From positions 11,136 through 75,135 of the forward strand of contig JACPHU010000029.1 in assembly GCA_016188495.1 (NCBI GenBank): a stretch of DNA of 64,000 nucleotides, given 5' to 3'. Below the pieces are notes generated by a model. The model worked only from the letters and a program-made list of their open reading frames with translations. It searched no databases and had not been told where the DNA came from. The stretch is from Candidatus Uhrbacteria bacterium (lineage in GTDB: Bacteria; Patescibacteriota; Patescibacteriia; UBA9934; GWF2-40-263). The position numbers were made by a program, and so were the translations under genes. This document shows positions 10,540 through 22,439 of the stretch, piece after piece. How positions within the stretch are numbered: the first letter of the stretch is position 1; every line of letters starts with the position of its first letter.

Positions 10540-10600
10540 TAGAATGGGGAACCATTATGACAACCATTATGAAACCATTATGAAACCATTGACAAAACCC
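10540..10600. repeat. short tandem repeat (aaccattatga x3) in AT-rich intergenic region
   Basis: gaaccattatgacaaccattatgaaaccattatgaaaccattgacaaaa read directly. Confidence 0.5.
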
Positions 10601-10639
10601 ATTTATTCTGATAGATTTATTTGTTCTTTTTAAGGATCA

Positions 10640-11155
10640 ATGGGTTTGGGCCGAATTTTTTCGATTAACGCTTTCGTTTATAGAGAGGGAAAAAGGATGC
10701 TTGGAAGACTGTTCCGTTTTGTGGCGGGTCTCTTCGTTGCTCTCTTGAATATTGGTACTCAGAAGAATGTCCGTGCCCGTCGCGTTCGTGCACTAACCCT
10801 CAAGTTGGAAGGGTTGGATAGTCTATCCAGGGAGTGGGCTGCCAGACGGTGGACAACAAGTATAGATGGTTCGACGTTTGTTCGGGCCTGCTATCTCCAA
10901 GAGGAATTGCCCACTGAACGCATTGCTCTGCAGAAGGCGGCTCGAGGATTCAATAGGATTAAGGGCCGTGGTCGTAAACTTCGATACAATGTAACCTTGG
11001 CGGATCCATTGGAGACCAGGTGTCTTGCAGATGATTCTGTATATTGCTATCCGCCACAGGTGTTGATCGTAAAAAATAATTTCGTAAGACCTCTGGAGGA
11101 TCACGAGGTTCAAATGGACCCTGATCATGTTCATGGGACATTAATGTCAGCATAG
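10640..11155 (+). CDS. hypothetical protein (GC-richer than surroundings)
   Basis: 171-aa ORF followed by an intrinsic terminator. No recognisable motifs. Confidence 0.4.
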   Translation: MGLGRIFSINAFVYREGKRMLGRLFRFVAGLFVALLNIGTQKNVRARRVRALTLKLEGLDSLSREWAARRWTTSIDGSTFVRACYLQEELPTERIALQKAARGFNRIKGRGRKLRYNVTLADPLETRCLADDSVYCYPPQVLIVKNNFVRPLEDHEVQMDPDHVHGTLMSA

Positions 11156-11174
11156 AGAAACTCGAACCCGTAGT

Positions 11175-11208
11175 TACGACAGCTGCGGGTTTTTATTTGT
11201 ATCCTTGA
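11175..11208 (+). terminator. rho-independent terminator
   Basis: aacccg...cgggtt stem followed by ttttatttg, 20 nt after the stop of 10640..11155. Confidence 0.6.
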
Positions 11209-11226
11209 CATCTAGTTATTTACAAT

Positions 11227-11266
11227 AAAAAAATCTCCGACCGTGTGTCGGAGATTTATTTTTTTC
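11227..11266. terminator. bidirectional intrinsic terminator
   Basis: aaaaaaa-tctccgac-cgtgtg-tcggaga-tttattttttt; A-tract and T-tract flank a perfect hairpin between convergent genes. Confidence 0.65.
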
Positions 11267-11276
11267 TCGTGGTCTC

Positions 11277-12123
11277 TTACCAACTATCCTTATTTGACGT
11301 GAGTCGACATGTCCGACCCATAGGACTGGTGATTTCTACAAAAAAACTTTTTTTCGATCCAAAAAAGGATGTCTGTTCGAACATGTAGATGTTATCGAAC
11401 GGGTAATTGAGCTCGGTGAGAATGCGTACCCGCACCTCTGCCTCATCCTTGGCGGAATTAGCGATCTCAACAAGTTTGCTTTCCACTTCCTTATGGTCAA
11501 GCTCTGTCCATTGCCAGTACTCATCGTAGATGGCGACGAACATCTGTTCGCCGGGACCGTAAGACTCTGAGAAATCGAGCTGATCGAACAACCGTTCAAA
11601 AATACGCACCCAGTCTTTGAAATCCTGAGAACGCTTGTTGGCACGCGCCCGCCACCAAGCCATCACCTTCAGGTTATTTACGTTTATGTCTGCCACTCCC
11701 AGGCCCGGCATATACCGTCGGTATTTCTGCACGTCTTCTTGGGTTGCCAAAGGCATCCGTTGTTCGATCGCTTTGTCGCACTGTTGAGTATCTTCTGGAT
11801 AGGCAACCGTGTAAACGAACCCGCCGTACCAGTTTTCTTCGCTGTCGAATGGGTACCTCTGATCACGAATGTAAGCAAAGACCATTCCGCTGGTATTTGT
11901 GAGTCTGAACCCTGTGAATTCCTGTTTCTGCCAGCCATTTTTTACCAGGATTTCTTGGACCCGTGTATTGAAATCATTAGAAGACTCCGTAACCGCATCG
12001 AGGATTTCTTTTTCCGGAAATTCGACACCGAAGAGTTCATGTGCCAAACGTAGAAAATCTACGAGGGTTAGACCCTTCATCTGTGTTTTCTGAAACTCGT
12101 GTACGATCGCGTTGGGATTCATC
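11277..12123 (-). CDS. hypothetical protein
   Basis: ORF with GGGAGG RBS 7 nt upstream of the ATG at 12123 (MNPNAIVHEF...). The longer ORF to 12188 is less likely. Confidence 0.45.
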
Positions 12124-12536
12124 CAACCTCCCTTATTAAGTAACCTTTTTGTCAGAATGTTCTTACTTTTCTGAAAACTGACCGTCAATAATCACAAAAT
12201 AGGCCTATTTTGTCAAATGATTCATCTTTGTGTCATCTTTGCTGGTCGACACGAGACCGTTGAAAAACTCGAATATCATGCCAAATTTTATTCCCTGAAC
12301 TGTTCGTCGTGAGCTAGTCGAACGATCGAAGGGGCAAAATTTGGCTAAATCATCTGCGGCCTTCGACGGATTCGACAAGCTCACGACAGACAGGCTCAGG
12401 CAATATGAGGAGTATTTCAACGGTCTGGACACATAGGTTGACAAATGAGTTTTTTTCTGATAAATAAAAAATGTTTCTATTGTAAACACGATCCGCACAC
12501 GTTTAAGACAAGTTGCGGAGATACCAGGAGAATTCC

Positions 12537-13247
12537 ATGAAACGATTCGGATTTTTTGTTTTTTTCTCAGCAATCTTTTTTCAAATCCTTGGAGTACAGC
12601 AATGTAGTGATGAGGACGCCGATGGGGACGGATGGACGGTGGAGGATGGGGATTGCGACGATACCAACTCATTCGTTCATCCTGGGGCACAGGAGGTTTG
12701 CGATTTGGCGGACAATGACTGTGACGGCACGGTCGATGAAGATATTCCTGATTGTGAGTTGACGGGTATTTGCACAGACCCGTCGGCAACAATCGACGAA
12801 TTTTCGTTTGATTGTGTCGATAACGACATTGTTTCGAGTCAGGAGAATATATTACCTCAAAATGTGTTTTTCTGTTTTTATAATGAGTCTGTACTCATCG
12901 CAAATCAGGATGTTCAGGTCCAGGGATATAACCTCTGGACTGAAGAGGTGACTGCAGGTAACGAAGACGAGGTTTCGTTATTTGTCTGGAAGGGATATTC
13001 TGCCTCTGTTGAGTTAAGTGAAGGATGGTACGGAACCAGTGTTGAGACAACGACTGACCTTTTTAGACTGGACATCGTGACTCCTCAAGAACCAGAGAAA
13101 TTTGATCAGCTATTCGCTACCGGTTTTGTTGAGTTTAGGGATACGGGAGAGGAGGTAGAACTGATAGCTGTTGCCGCCGCTTTCGATGTTCAGTGGGGGC
13201 AAGGAGAATCTGAAGAAGGGTGCATTGAGCACCTCCAGGATTTTTGA
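12537..13247 (+). CDS. secreted protein with MopE-like putative metal-binding motif
   Basis: Signal peptide MKRFGFFVFFSAIFFQILG with AGGAG RBS. DADGDGW..GDCDD.N..VHPGA.EVCD..DNDCDG..DE matches the Asp/Cys-rich 'putative metal-binding motif' repeat. Confidence 0.5.
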   Translation: MKRFGFFVFFSAIFFQILGVQQCSDEDADGDGWTVEDGDCDDTNSFVHPGAQEVCDLADNDCDGTVDEDIPDCELTGICTDPSATIDEFSFDCVDNDIVSSQENILPQNVFFCFYNESVLIANQDVQVQGYNLWTEEVTAGNEDEVSLFVWKGYSASVELSEGWYGTSVETTTDLFRLDIVTPQEPEKFDQLFATGFVEFRDTGEEVELIAVAAAFDVQWGQGESEEGCIEHLQDF

Positions 13248-13358
13248 TCTTTTTATCGCCTGTAGTTAATTCATCGTTTGACGATTCCCGGAGCCTTTGC
13301 AGGTTTTGGGAATTTTTTGTTTTCGTATTCCTTGATACGGAAATATGACAGTTCTACT

Positions 13359-14714
13359 TTAAATCGCTTTATTATTCTCCATATACTCAAAAAGATGACC
13401 TAACATTCCTTGTGGGGAAACCAAGAAAAAGAGGGTTGTTCCGTCATATGTTAAAAAAAGTTGTGTCGCAAGGAGTTGTCTTTCTCGTTCTCTTTCTTTT
13501 GCTTTTTTGAAAGCTTCGATAATGTCTGGTCGTTTTTCCGCAAGCGTTGCCATAAATGCTCGTTCCGCTTTCAGTCTCTTGATGAACGGCTTATCTTCAG
13601 ACGTATCTTGTTGTATATGGTGTTGGAGTTCTTCCAGTATGTTACGTATGGCATCTGCTCGTTTTTCGTCTGGGTAATAAGACGCAAAGGCATCTATATA
13701 CACGCCAAATTCTCGTACAAGATTTGCTTGTCTGTCTATTGCCAATGAAATGGCTTCATCTTCTTCTTTTAAGAGCCGTTCAAGAGCTTCCGAAAACTTC
13801 TTTTTTCGTTCAGCTTCTTTCTCTTTTTGGTCTGAGGAGGTCTCTGTTTTTGTATCTGACCGATCCTTTTTCACAGGTTCGATACGCGTCTTATCCATTT
13901 TTTGTTTTAGTTGATCAACTAAAAGCATCACACGATAGAGAGCCTCATTAGCAAACACAAGATCTTTTTTAAAAGTCTGCAGAGCGTTTGTTTCTATGTT
14001 TCCATTTAATCTAGCTTCCTCTGTGATCCATCCGTCATTTTGAAGTATGGTGCCATACTCGGACAATGTGCTGTTTAGTAGCAACATCAATTTATAGGGA
14101 TCCGTCTCTTTAAGAGTTGAAGCACCGCCTTGTTCTTGAATAAGTTCCATATGAACCTTGATCGTTTCACGAATCGTTCCAAGAACGGGACTTTCTGTAC
14201 GTTTCAATTTGTTTGTAATTATTTGAAGTTCTGTAGAAATTCTATCTAATGACACACGAACGTTGTCATAGATTTTTTCGCAACTTTGACGGAAAACTGT
14301 TTCTGCTTTTTTCGCGACCCTGTCTCTTTCCATTTGTTCTTTTTTGCTTTCTGTTTCTAGATGATCTGTATATTCTGATCCAAGAGTTACCATAACACCC
14401 AGCGTCTCCGTCATTGCTTCAGAAACTCTTGCTAATGAAATGGATTGAAGGGTTTCTGTATCTGCCAAAAGTGTTAATTCATTTCGCAGACGTCTATAAC
14501 GATTAGCCGTCATTTCTCCTTTCTCTCCATCTTGTTTCGCATGGTTCATTCTTGGATCAAAAAAATCATGCACTTCATCCTCAAACATCATGTCATGTTG
14601 AGTCAATTCAATAATTTCTTTAACGACGTGTGTTTTTGTTGGGCAATCCGGAGCATGTACATTTGTATGCTTTGGATATCCGCAATGTGAACAAATTGGT
14701 TTTTCGCCTTTCAT
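13359..14714 (-). CDS. hypothetical coiled-coil protein with N-terminal Cys/His cluster
   Basis: 451 aa. N-terminal CSHCGYPKHTNVHAPDCP and a long charged helical region. Confidence 0.45.
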   Translation of the reverse strand: MKGEKPICSHCGYPKHTNVHAPDCPTKTHVVKEIIELTQHDMMFEDEVHDFFDPRMNHAKQDGEKGEMTANRYRRLRNELTLLADTETLQSISLARVSEAMTETLGVMVTLGSEYTDHLETESKKEQMERDRVAKKAETVFRQSCEKIYDNVRVSLDRISTELQIITNKLKRTESPVLGTIRETIKVHMELIQEQGGASTLKETDPYKLMLLLNSTLSEYGTILQNDGWITEEARLNGNIETNALQTFKKDLVFANEALYRVMLLVDQLKQKMDKTRIEPVKKDRSDTKTETSSDQKEKEAERKKKFSEALERLLKEEDEAISLAIDRQANLVREFGVYIDAFASYYPDEKRADAIRNILEELQHHIQQDTSEDKPFIKRLKAERAFMATLAEKRPDIIEAFKKAKERERERQLLATQLFLTYDGTTLFFLVSPQGMLGHLFEYMENNKAI

Positions 14715-14929
14715 AAAAATGTCGATGTTTTTTTGAGCGAGAGCTACTCTTTAAGGTGTGAATGACGAAACTCGATGAGGCATTGTTCAATTTCCTGCCT
14801 GAGAATCAATGATGGATTTCAATTCTTCAAGACGTGATTGTTTGATTTATTTCAGCGGAGGTTTTTTGACTCGAATAGGGGACAGCTTTGGAACTGTTGA
14901 TTGGAAACAAGTGTTGAAGGGAAGGTTAT

Positions 14930-15577
14930 TTAATCTTTATGTTCACTAATTTTTAAAAGAGATTTTATTCGGATGATTCCATATCCAATAAGCAAAATAC
15001 CAACAATGAAATTGAGTATTTGGATGATAACCAACGGGACCACTTCTTTAACAAGCGAAAACACAATAACAGAAGTACCCATGAATAAGAATGTTGCCAG
15101 TCCAGTAGACAATCCAAAAATGACTAACTCAGGCTTTGTATAGCGGTATTCGATCGCTTTTGCAGAAAATAAACCAGTAAAGAAGACGATCGTCATCGGG
15201 CTAGAAATGGTAAGAAGAAAAACAGAGGTAAAGCTTGAAACAAAACTCGATGAGTTTACCGTTGCTAGATGAGAAAGATCTTTTCCTACAATTCCATTTA
15301 TCATGATTGTGCCAAACACGATCAAAATCAGAGAACTAAACAAGCCAAATATTTTTTTGAATTTCTTTTTTTCAAGAAGTTTCCCAACACCCAGTATGGC
15401 AAGAGCGATATAAAAATAATCCACGGTCGTTACAGCCAACACGCCTGCCAATCCATTCAAAAAAGATTTTTGCAGGGTGAGATTGACGATAAAGAAAAAA
15501 ACAGGCCCCACAGCCAATTGGAGAATTAATCCTGTGAATAATCCTTTTAAAAAAATTCCTACATTCATCATATTCAT
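14930..15577 (-). CDS. LysE/RhtB-type small membrane exporter (putative)
   Basis: About 210 aa with six predicted TM helices. The N-terminal LQLAVGPVFFF resembles the LysE family. Confidence 0.45.
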   Translation of the reverse strand: MNMMNVGIFLKGLFTGLILQLAVGPVFFFIVNLTLQKSFLNGLAGVLAVTTVDYFYIALAILGVGKLLEKKKFKKIFGLFSSLILIVFGTIMINGIVGKDLSHLATVNSSSFVSSFTSVFLLTISSPMTIVFFTGLFSAKAIEYRYTKPELVIFGLSTGLATFLFMGTSVIVFSLVKEVVPLVIIQILNFIVGILLIGYGIIRIKSLLKISEHKD

Positions 15578-16266
15578 TTTTTGGGAACGGCTACCCCACG
15601 ATAAGTATGCCCAATAATTTTGAGAGTTCCTGACACATCAAACTCCTCACATTCAACGATATCGAAACCATTTTGTTCTAAAAGTTCTCGTATATTTCTT
15701 TCCAGATGACACCCAAGACTTATCTTTTGCCAAAAAGGAGAAAGAAACGTTTGCCATTGTTTGATTTTTAGATTTTTTGATAACCCATGCTCAATAAAAA
15801 TAAGTTTTCCGTTTTGTTTGAGAACACGTTTTATTTCTATTAGAGCTTGTTTAACATCTTCAATACTACAAAGCGTCCAAGTGCTCACAACCGTATCGAA
15901 GCTGTTATCATCAAACGGCATGTCTTCAACAGAACCAACGTGATGATTTACTCTTATGGTTGATCTTTGCATTTGCTTCTGTGCCAAAGGATTCATTCCT
16001 GCATGAATATCAATCGTGGTAATCATCTCAATATTTTTTGGATAGGCAGAAAGATTTAATCCTGTTCCAAATCCAATTTCCAAAATATTTCCTTGTGCTA
16101 ATGCAAGTGTTTTACGTCGTTGTTCTGTCAAAAAAGGTTTTGACATGATTTTGTTCAAAAGAAAAGGAAAGATTTTTTGAGAGTAAAAGTTCATAGTAAA
16201 TGTGTATGCATATATATACGGATTCAACCTTGGGATTGGATGCATTATGGTTAGGGTTGAAGTCAA
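15574..16266 (-). CDS. class I SAM-dependent methyltransferase (start uncertain, possibly 16146)
   Basis: Motif I ILEIGFGTGLNL. Methyltransf_11-like. Confidence 0.6.
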   Translation of the reverse strand: MTSTLTIMHPIPRLNPYIYAYTFTMNFYSQKIFPFLLNKIMSKPFLTEQRRKTLALAQGNILEIGFGTGLNLSAYPKNIEMITTIDIHAGMNPLAQKQMQRSTIRVNHHVGSVEDMPFDDNSFDTVVSTWTLCSIEDVKQALIEIKRVLKQNGKLIFIEHGLSKNLKIKQWQTFLSPFWQKISLGCHLERNIRELLEQNGFDIVECEEFDVSGTLKIIGHTYRGVAVPKK

Positions 16267-16381
16267 TGATGATTCAGGGGTCGTTTCTCACCGTCTGTGT
16301 AGTCATACGGTTGTCGTGGTTCCAATTCCACGATGCACCAGATGAAATGATGAGTTTATTGGCTCGGCATCGTGGAGGATA

Positions 16382-17056
16382 TTAGAACTGCGATTCAAAA
16401 TCATGATGGGTTTCTTTTGATTCCGGTTTTGAATCGATAATCAATATCTCGTTAAGCAATTCAGGCAGTTCCTTGATCAGAAAGCTGAAATGCCCTCGAT
16501 TTTCAAGACTGATCACCGTGGCGTCCAGCTTCCGCTTGTAGTACTCAACGGCCCGGAGAATGAAATCCCAGTCGTTCGAGACAAAAACGGTCACCCCTTC
16601 GCTAATCTGCACCGTGAGTGCGGGCGGGATGTCATACGTGTAGAATTCTTCCTCGTACGGAAGTAACGGGCTGTCGTCGCGCTCCATTCCCGGTGCGCCC
16701 GGAGCAATGAGGATGACCTTTCGAACCTTCTTTCCAGTCTCCCCCAAGTATCGCAAAACCGCATAGCCACCCGCACTATGTCCGACGAAGATTGTCTCCT
16801 CGTTGATCTCCACACGATCCAGAGCCTCCTTCCATTCGTCCCATCGCGCCTTCCAGGCTTCCTTGACGATCGGACATACGACAACATACCCACGCATCTC
16901 CAGCTGATTCTTCGTCCACCCCATCCAATTTCCAGGATTGTTCGAATCGCACAGCGAGATGTCCGCGATCAACTTACCATCTATCTTCTCAGGCCATCTG
17001 CCGTGCAATAAAATAACGTTTTTCATACACGGGTAGTTTATCAGTTCGAACCCCAC
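16382..17056 (-). CDS. alpha/beta serine hydrolase (YdeN/RBBP9-like)
   Basis: ILLHGRW...GHSAGG nucleophile elbow. 224 aa. Confidence 0.6.
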   Translation of the reverse strand: MGFELINYPCMKNVILLHGRWPEKIDGKLIADISLCDSNNPGNWMGWTKNQLEMRGYVVVCPIVKEAWKARWDEWKEALDRVEINEETIFVGHSAGGYAVLRYLGETGKKVRKVILIAPGAPGMERDDSPLLPYEEEFYTYDIPPALTVQISEGVTVFVSNDWDFILRAVEYYKRKLDATVISLENRGHFSFLIKELPELLNEILIIDSKPESKETHHDFESQF

Positions 17057-17077
17057 CCTGTCTCGCTCAAAAACTAA

Positions 17078-17117
17078 AACAAAATCCCAGCATTTCTGCT
17101 GAGATTTTGTTGGCTCC
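17078..17117 (-). terminator. palindromic terminator-like element, copy 1 of a 40-bp repeat
   Basis: On minus strand caaaatctcagca-gaaa-tgctgggattttg followed by ttttagttttt. Identical 40 bp at 18127..18166. Confidence 0.55.
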
Positions 17118-17188
17118 GTATACTGAACGGATTCAGAACTACAAATTGGAGCCAGAGCTTTGAATTAGTATCTCGTTTATCGAGAACA

Positions 17189-18073
17189 TTAACGACCTCG
17201 AACATCTAAATACTCGCCAGTCTGATTATCTATAGCTATTGATTTTATCTCGTTCAGTACATCCCATTCATCAACGCCAATGTTCATTTTTTCGAGAATA
17301 TCTTTTAACTGAATGAGTGTATTTAAAGACGACATATCACCGCCAAATACCCTAACAGACTTAGCTCGAACTCCACCAATCAACTTCCGAACAACGTCTT
17401 CCATCGATGTAAAGGCATCAATATGGGTTAGTCCGCTAGCATGATTTTTAGGATTGTGTGCTCCTACAATCAAACATGGACCAGCACCTACAGTGACCAC
17501 ATATCTTTCGGGATAATTTTGATGAATTGTAGTAACGGCTCCCATGTGAACATCCAAAGCTTCTGCTTCAATATCGTCAAGATTTACCATTCTTCTTGGA
17601 TAATGTGGTTGTTCCAAAAACCATTTTTTTTGTTCCATTTTTTCTTGCACCTCTGCGTTAGATTTTGCTTTTAAATCCATTAAACGATCGTCATCTTCAC
17701 TAGTAGTTTTTGTTTTGATATTAAATACGTTTACTACTTGATGAAAAACTGGGTCTGCATCTGCTAATTGTCCAAAGGTATCTGGGGCCAATATGTCGTT
17801 ATCAATTTTGATACCAACTATCTTTCCATCGCTCAGCAAAAGTCTGGCGACTTGTTCAAAAATTGGGTAATAAGTTGAACGATCAGCATCAAAAACATCT
17901 CTTCTTGAAATGTAGATAGCATTTTTACCAATGCTTAGTTTGCAATCTTGTACAGGTGACGGAATCTCGTCCACGGAAGATTCATATTCCAAGTTTGATA
18001 ATTTTTCAGCCCAGACAGGGTTTAATGCAATGGGTTTAAAGACTTCCTGTTCTGATCTAAACTGCTCCTTCAT
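17189..18073 (-). CDS. hypothetical protein
   Basis: 294-aa ORF flanked on both sides by the 40-bp repeat element. Confidence 0.45.
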   Translation of the reverse strand: MKEQFRSEQEVFKPIALNPVWAEKLSNLEYESSVDEIPSPVQDCKLSIGKNAIYISRRDVFDADRSTYYPIFEQVARLLLSDGKIVGIKIDNDILAPDTFGQLADADPVFHQVVNVFNIKTKTTSEDDDRLMDLKAKSNAEVQEKMEQKKWFLEQPHYPRRMVNLDDIEAEALDVHMGAVTTIHQNYPERYVVTVGAGPCLIVGAHNPKNHASGLTHIDAFTSMEDVVRKLIGGVRAKSVRVFGGDMSSLNTLIQLKDILEKMNIGVDEWDVLNEIKSIAIDNQTGEYLDVRGR

Positions 18074-18126
18074 AATAAGGACAGGATACCAAATCTATAA
18101 CTAGTTCTGAAGTCCTACTTGTGTAT

Positions 18127-18166
18127 AACAAAATCCCAGCATTTCTGCTGAGATTTTGTTGGCTCC
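18127..18166 (-). terminator. palindromic terminator-like element, copy 2
   Basis: Same 40-bp sequence as 17078..17117, followed on the minus strand by ttttgttat. Confidence 0.55.
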
Positions 18167-18242
18167 CAGAGTTACGTGCTTTCCGAACTGGTGAACATCT
18201 ACCGTCCAGTGCAGTTGAGCATGGGAAGGGCACAGAGGTGGG

Positions 18243-18905
18243 CTATTGCTGGTTCCTTATGAGGTGTTTGTTGTAACCAGAATCAATGAGTCGTTGATAT
18301 GCTTCCATAATCTCAATCGGAATTTCTTGAGGAATTTGGAAGCCTTTGTTTGGATATTCAATGATCCGCTGGAGATCACCCACCATGATATTGATGAGAG
18401 CTTCCTGATTGATGGAACCATCTAAATAGGCCTCAAAATCTAGTTGGGGAGAGGCCAGAAAAAGCTCCTTATCGAGCCACTTCACCTTTGCTGTGGCATA
18501 GGCTCTTCGTTCCATGTACGGCTTGGTCACGACGATTACAGTAGAAAAATCGAAACCATTCCTATCCAGCAACTGCTTGCTGAGTGCAAAGTTATCACCT
18601 GTGTTTTGTGCCTCGGTTTCAAGTATGATGTTGTCAGCAGGTACACCTGCTTTTTTCATGACATCTGCAAATTCTTCTGCCTCGGTTTTTTTCCATCCCG
18701 TCTCAAGCAAATCACCGATGTGGGCCATACCACCTGAAATGATCACAAGTGGAGCGAGTCCACTATTGAAAAGTTCAGCCGCATATTCTGCAACACGTAA
18801 GTCGTGACTGCCTAATACTAAGATGAGATCAGCTTCATGAAGCGACTGATGCAGACGATGATATTCGTACAAGATTTTTGCGTCTTCTGAAAGACTCATG
18901 TGCAT
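18243..18905 (-). CDS. DUF218 / YdcF-SanA-ElyC family protein
   Basis: DLILVLGSHD...VIISGG pattern characteristic of DUF218. Confidence 0.6.
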   Translation of the reverse strand: MHMSLSEDAKILYEYHRLHQSLHEADLILVLGSHDLRVAEYAAELFNSGLAPLVIISGGMAHIGDLLETGWKKTEAEEFADVMKKAGVPADNIILETEAQNTGDNFALSKQLLDRNGFDFSTVIVVTKPYMERRAYATAKVKWLDKELFLASPQLDFEAYLDGSINQEALINIMVGDLQRIIEYPNKGFQIPQEIPIEIMEAYQRLIDSGYNKHLIRNQQ

Positions 18906-19060
18906 TGTCTAAAAATACCCGTAAAAAATGGTTGAAGGATTTCCGTCTTGATCCCGTAATCAATCTCCAGCTGTTCGCTAAACAGGCGAGATGACCTGAG
19001 CACGACACCCTCGGCGTCCCAAAAGATTGCTTTAATATTCGCTTTTACATCAGCGTTCAT
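18896..19060 (-). pseudogene. truncated duplicate of the N-terminus of the HAD hydrolase gene at 50001..50618
   Basis: Minus strand encodes MNADVKANIKAIFWDAEGVVLRSSRLFSEQLEIDYGIKTEILQPFFTGIFRQCT* (54 aa). About 85% nt identity to 50495..50630. Ends in a stop overlapping the DUF218 start. Confidence 0.5.
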
Positions 19061-19317
19061 ATTGAGGGGGATCATTTCATTTTTTCTTTGTCCTTTGGGT
19101 TGCTTTCGGCAATCAAAAGCGTAAGAACGGTGAGTGCTTCGGGGGACATGCGGTTTGTATTGAGTTTATTTACTCGACGTAAAAACCAAATGAACGAAAA
19201 GGTGCCTGAACGCTTGTTCCCATCTACGAGTGGGTGATTTTTTACCAGGAAATATAAAAAATGTGCGGATTTTTCTTCAATCAGAATCCTTTTTCACTTG
19301 CCGACTTATTGTTCTTT

Positions 19318-21513
<2,196 letters not shown>

Positions 21514-21537
21514 TCACCAGATGAACTGATGATTTTG

Positions 21538-21647
21538 TGCTGGCTCGGCGTACGGGTGTCGAACTCGGTTTTGATCAATGATTCAAGGGGTATTTCAGAC
21601 GGCTAGAATAGCACCCGGGTCTCATCGAAAATGAGACAAATGAGACA
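21538..21647 (-). repeat. modular conserved intergenic element, copy A (tRNA 3'-end-like motif + hairpin)
   Basis: Blocks tgctggctcggcgtacgggtgtcgaactc / tttgatcaatgatt / gggtctca..aaaatgagacaaatgagaca are shared with 26538..26645 and have a variable middle. Lies immediately upstream of the collagen-like gene. Confidence 0.6.
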
Positions 21648-21732
21648 ACGAGAATGGGGCCTGTGTCTCAAATCAGGAATACGATGGTTTCAAGGGCTTT
21701 TCACAATAATCCTATGTGCACCTTACGGCAAA

Positions 21733-22245
21733 TCATATCTTCCTGCTGTCATAAGCCCAGTGCAGAACAGCCTGTCTTTGTGCAGGACGACAGGTCAAAT
21801 CTTTCGCCCGACAATTCTTTCTGATTTGTGATGTGTGTCTGGCAATGGCTTTCCATCTCTTGATTTGTCGCTCGTCTTCGATGGGAAGTCGTCTGCCCAT
21901 GTAGTAGCGGCAATACCACTGGAACCAACCGCGAGGATCGTGCTCTTCGTTGATCCATCCTTTTTCCTGCCAAACCTTTAGTGATTGGCTGGCATGTTTG
22001 TGAAAAAAATTGATCGTATCATCGTGATGCTCCGGCGAAAGCTTGGCATGTGTGAACCAGTTTTTGGGAAACTCTTTTTGGCAGTCGGTCATGTACTTGC
22101 CGCCAAAGACGCCAAGTGCGAGCATTTCCTTTGGCGTAAGTTCCGGCTTGAAATCGGGATGGAAATTCCGTCCCACCGGTGCGGTGAGTTCGTATGTGTA
22201 ACCCTTCTGAAATGTATCGTTCACCTGGACAGACTTTTTTCTCAT
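21733..22245 (-). CDS. conserved hypothetical protein
   Basis: 170-aa ORF with no recognisable catalytic motif. Confidence 0.4.
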   Translation of the reverse strand: MRKKSVQVNDTFQKGYTYELTAPVGRNFHPDFKPELTPKEMLALGVFGGKYMTDCQKEFPKNWFTHAKLSPEHHDDTINFFHKHASQSLKVWQEKGWINEEHDPRGWFQWYCRYYMGRRLPIEDERQIKRWKAIARHTSQIRKNCRAKDLTCRPAQRQAVLHWAYDSRKI

Positions 22246-22439
22246 AGGTGTTTATCGGTCCACAAGATAGACGACCAGTAAAAATAATCCACCCCACCAG
22301 CCAATATCGGAGACAATGAGGCTTGCCATAATTTTTGGCGACTATCCCATAAAGTATAGTATAAAGTGAGGAGGGTGTCAAGGGAAAATGGTTATCAACA
22401 GTTTGACTATATCCTGAAATACAAAATCAGGATATACTT

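Noticed and set aside
12205-12792. 195-aa minus-strand ORF overlapping the MopE-like gene start and upstream region
   Set aside because: Pro/Arg-rich low-complexity translation, antisense to a gene with signal peptide and RBS.
21538-21570. Possible complete tRNA at the tRNA-3'-end-like motif
   Set aside because: Only T-loop, acceptor and CCA-like spacing is present. No matching 5' acceptor strand (TCGGCGT), D-arm or anticodon arm could be found in the adjacent 100 nt.
21631-21831. Small ORFs beginning MRQMRQ at 21631 and 26629 that start inside the two repeat-element copies
   Set aside because: Similarity is confined to the nucleotide repeat (first about 6 codons). Downstream sequence diverges and overlaps real minus-strand genes, so the conservation is at the DNA-element level, not coding.
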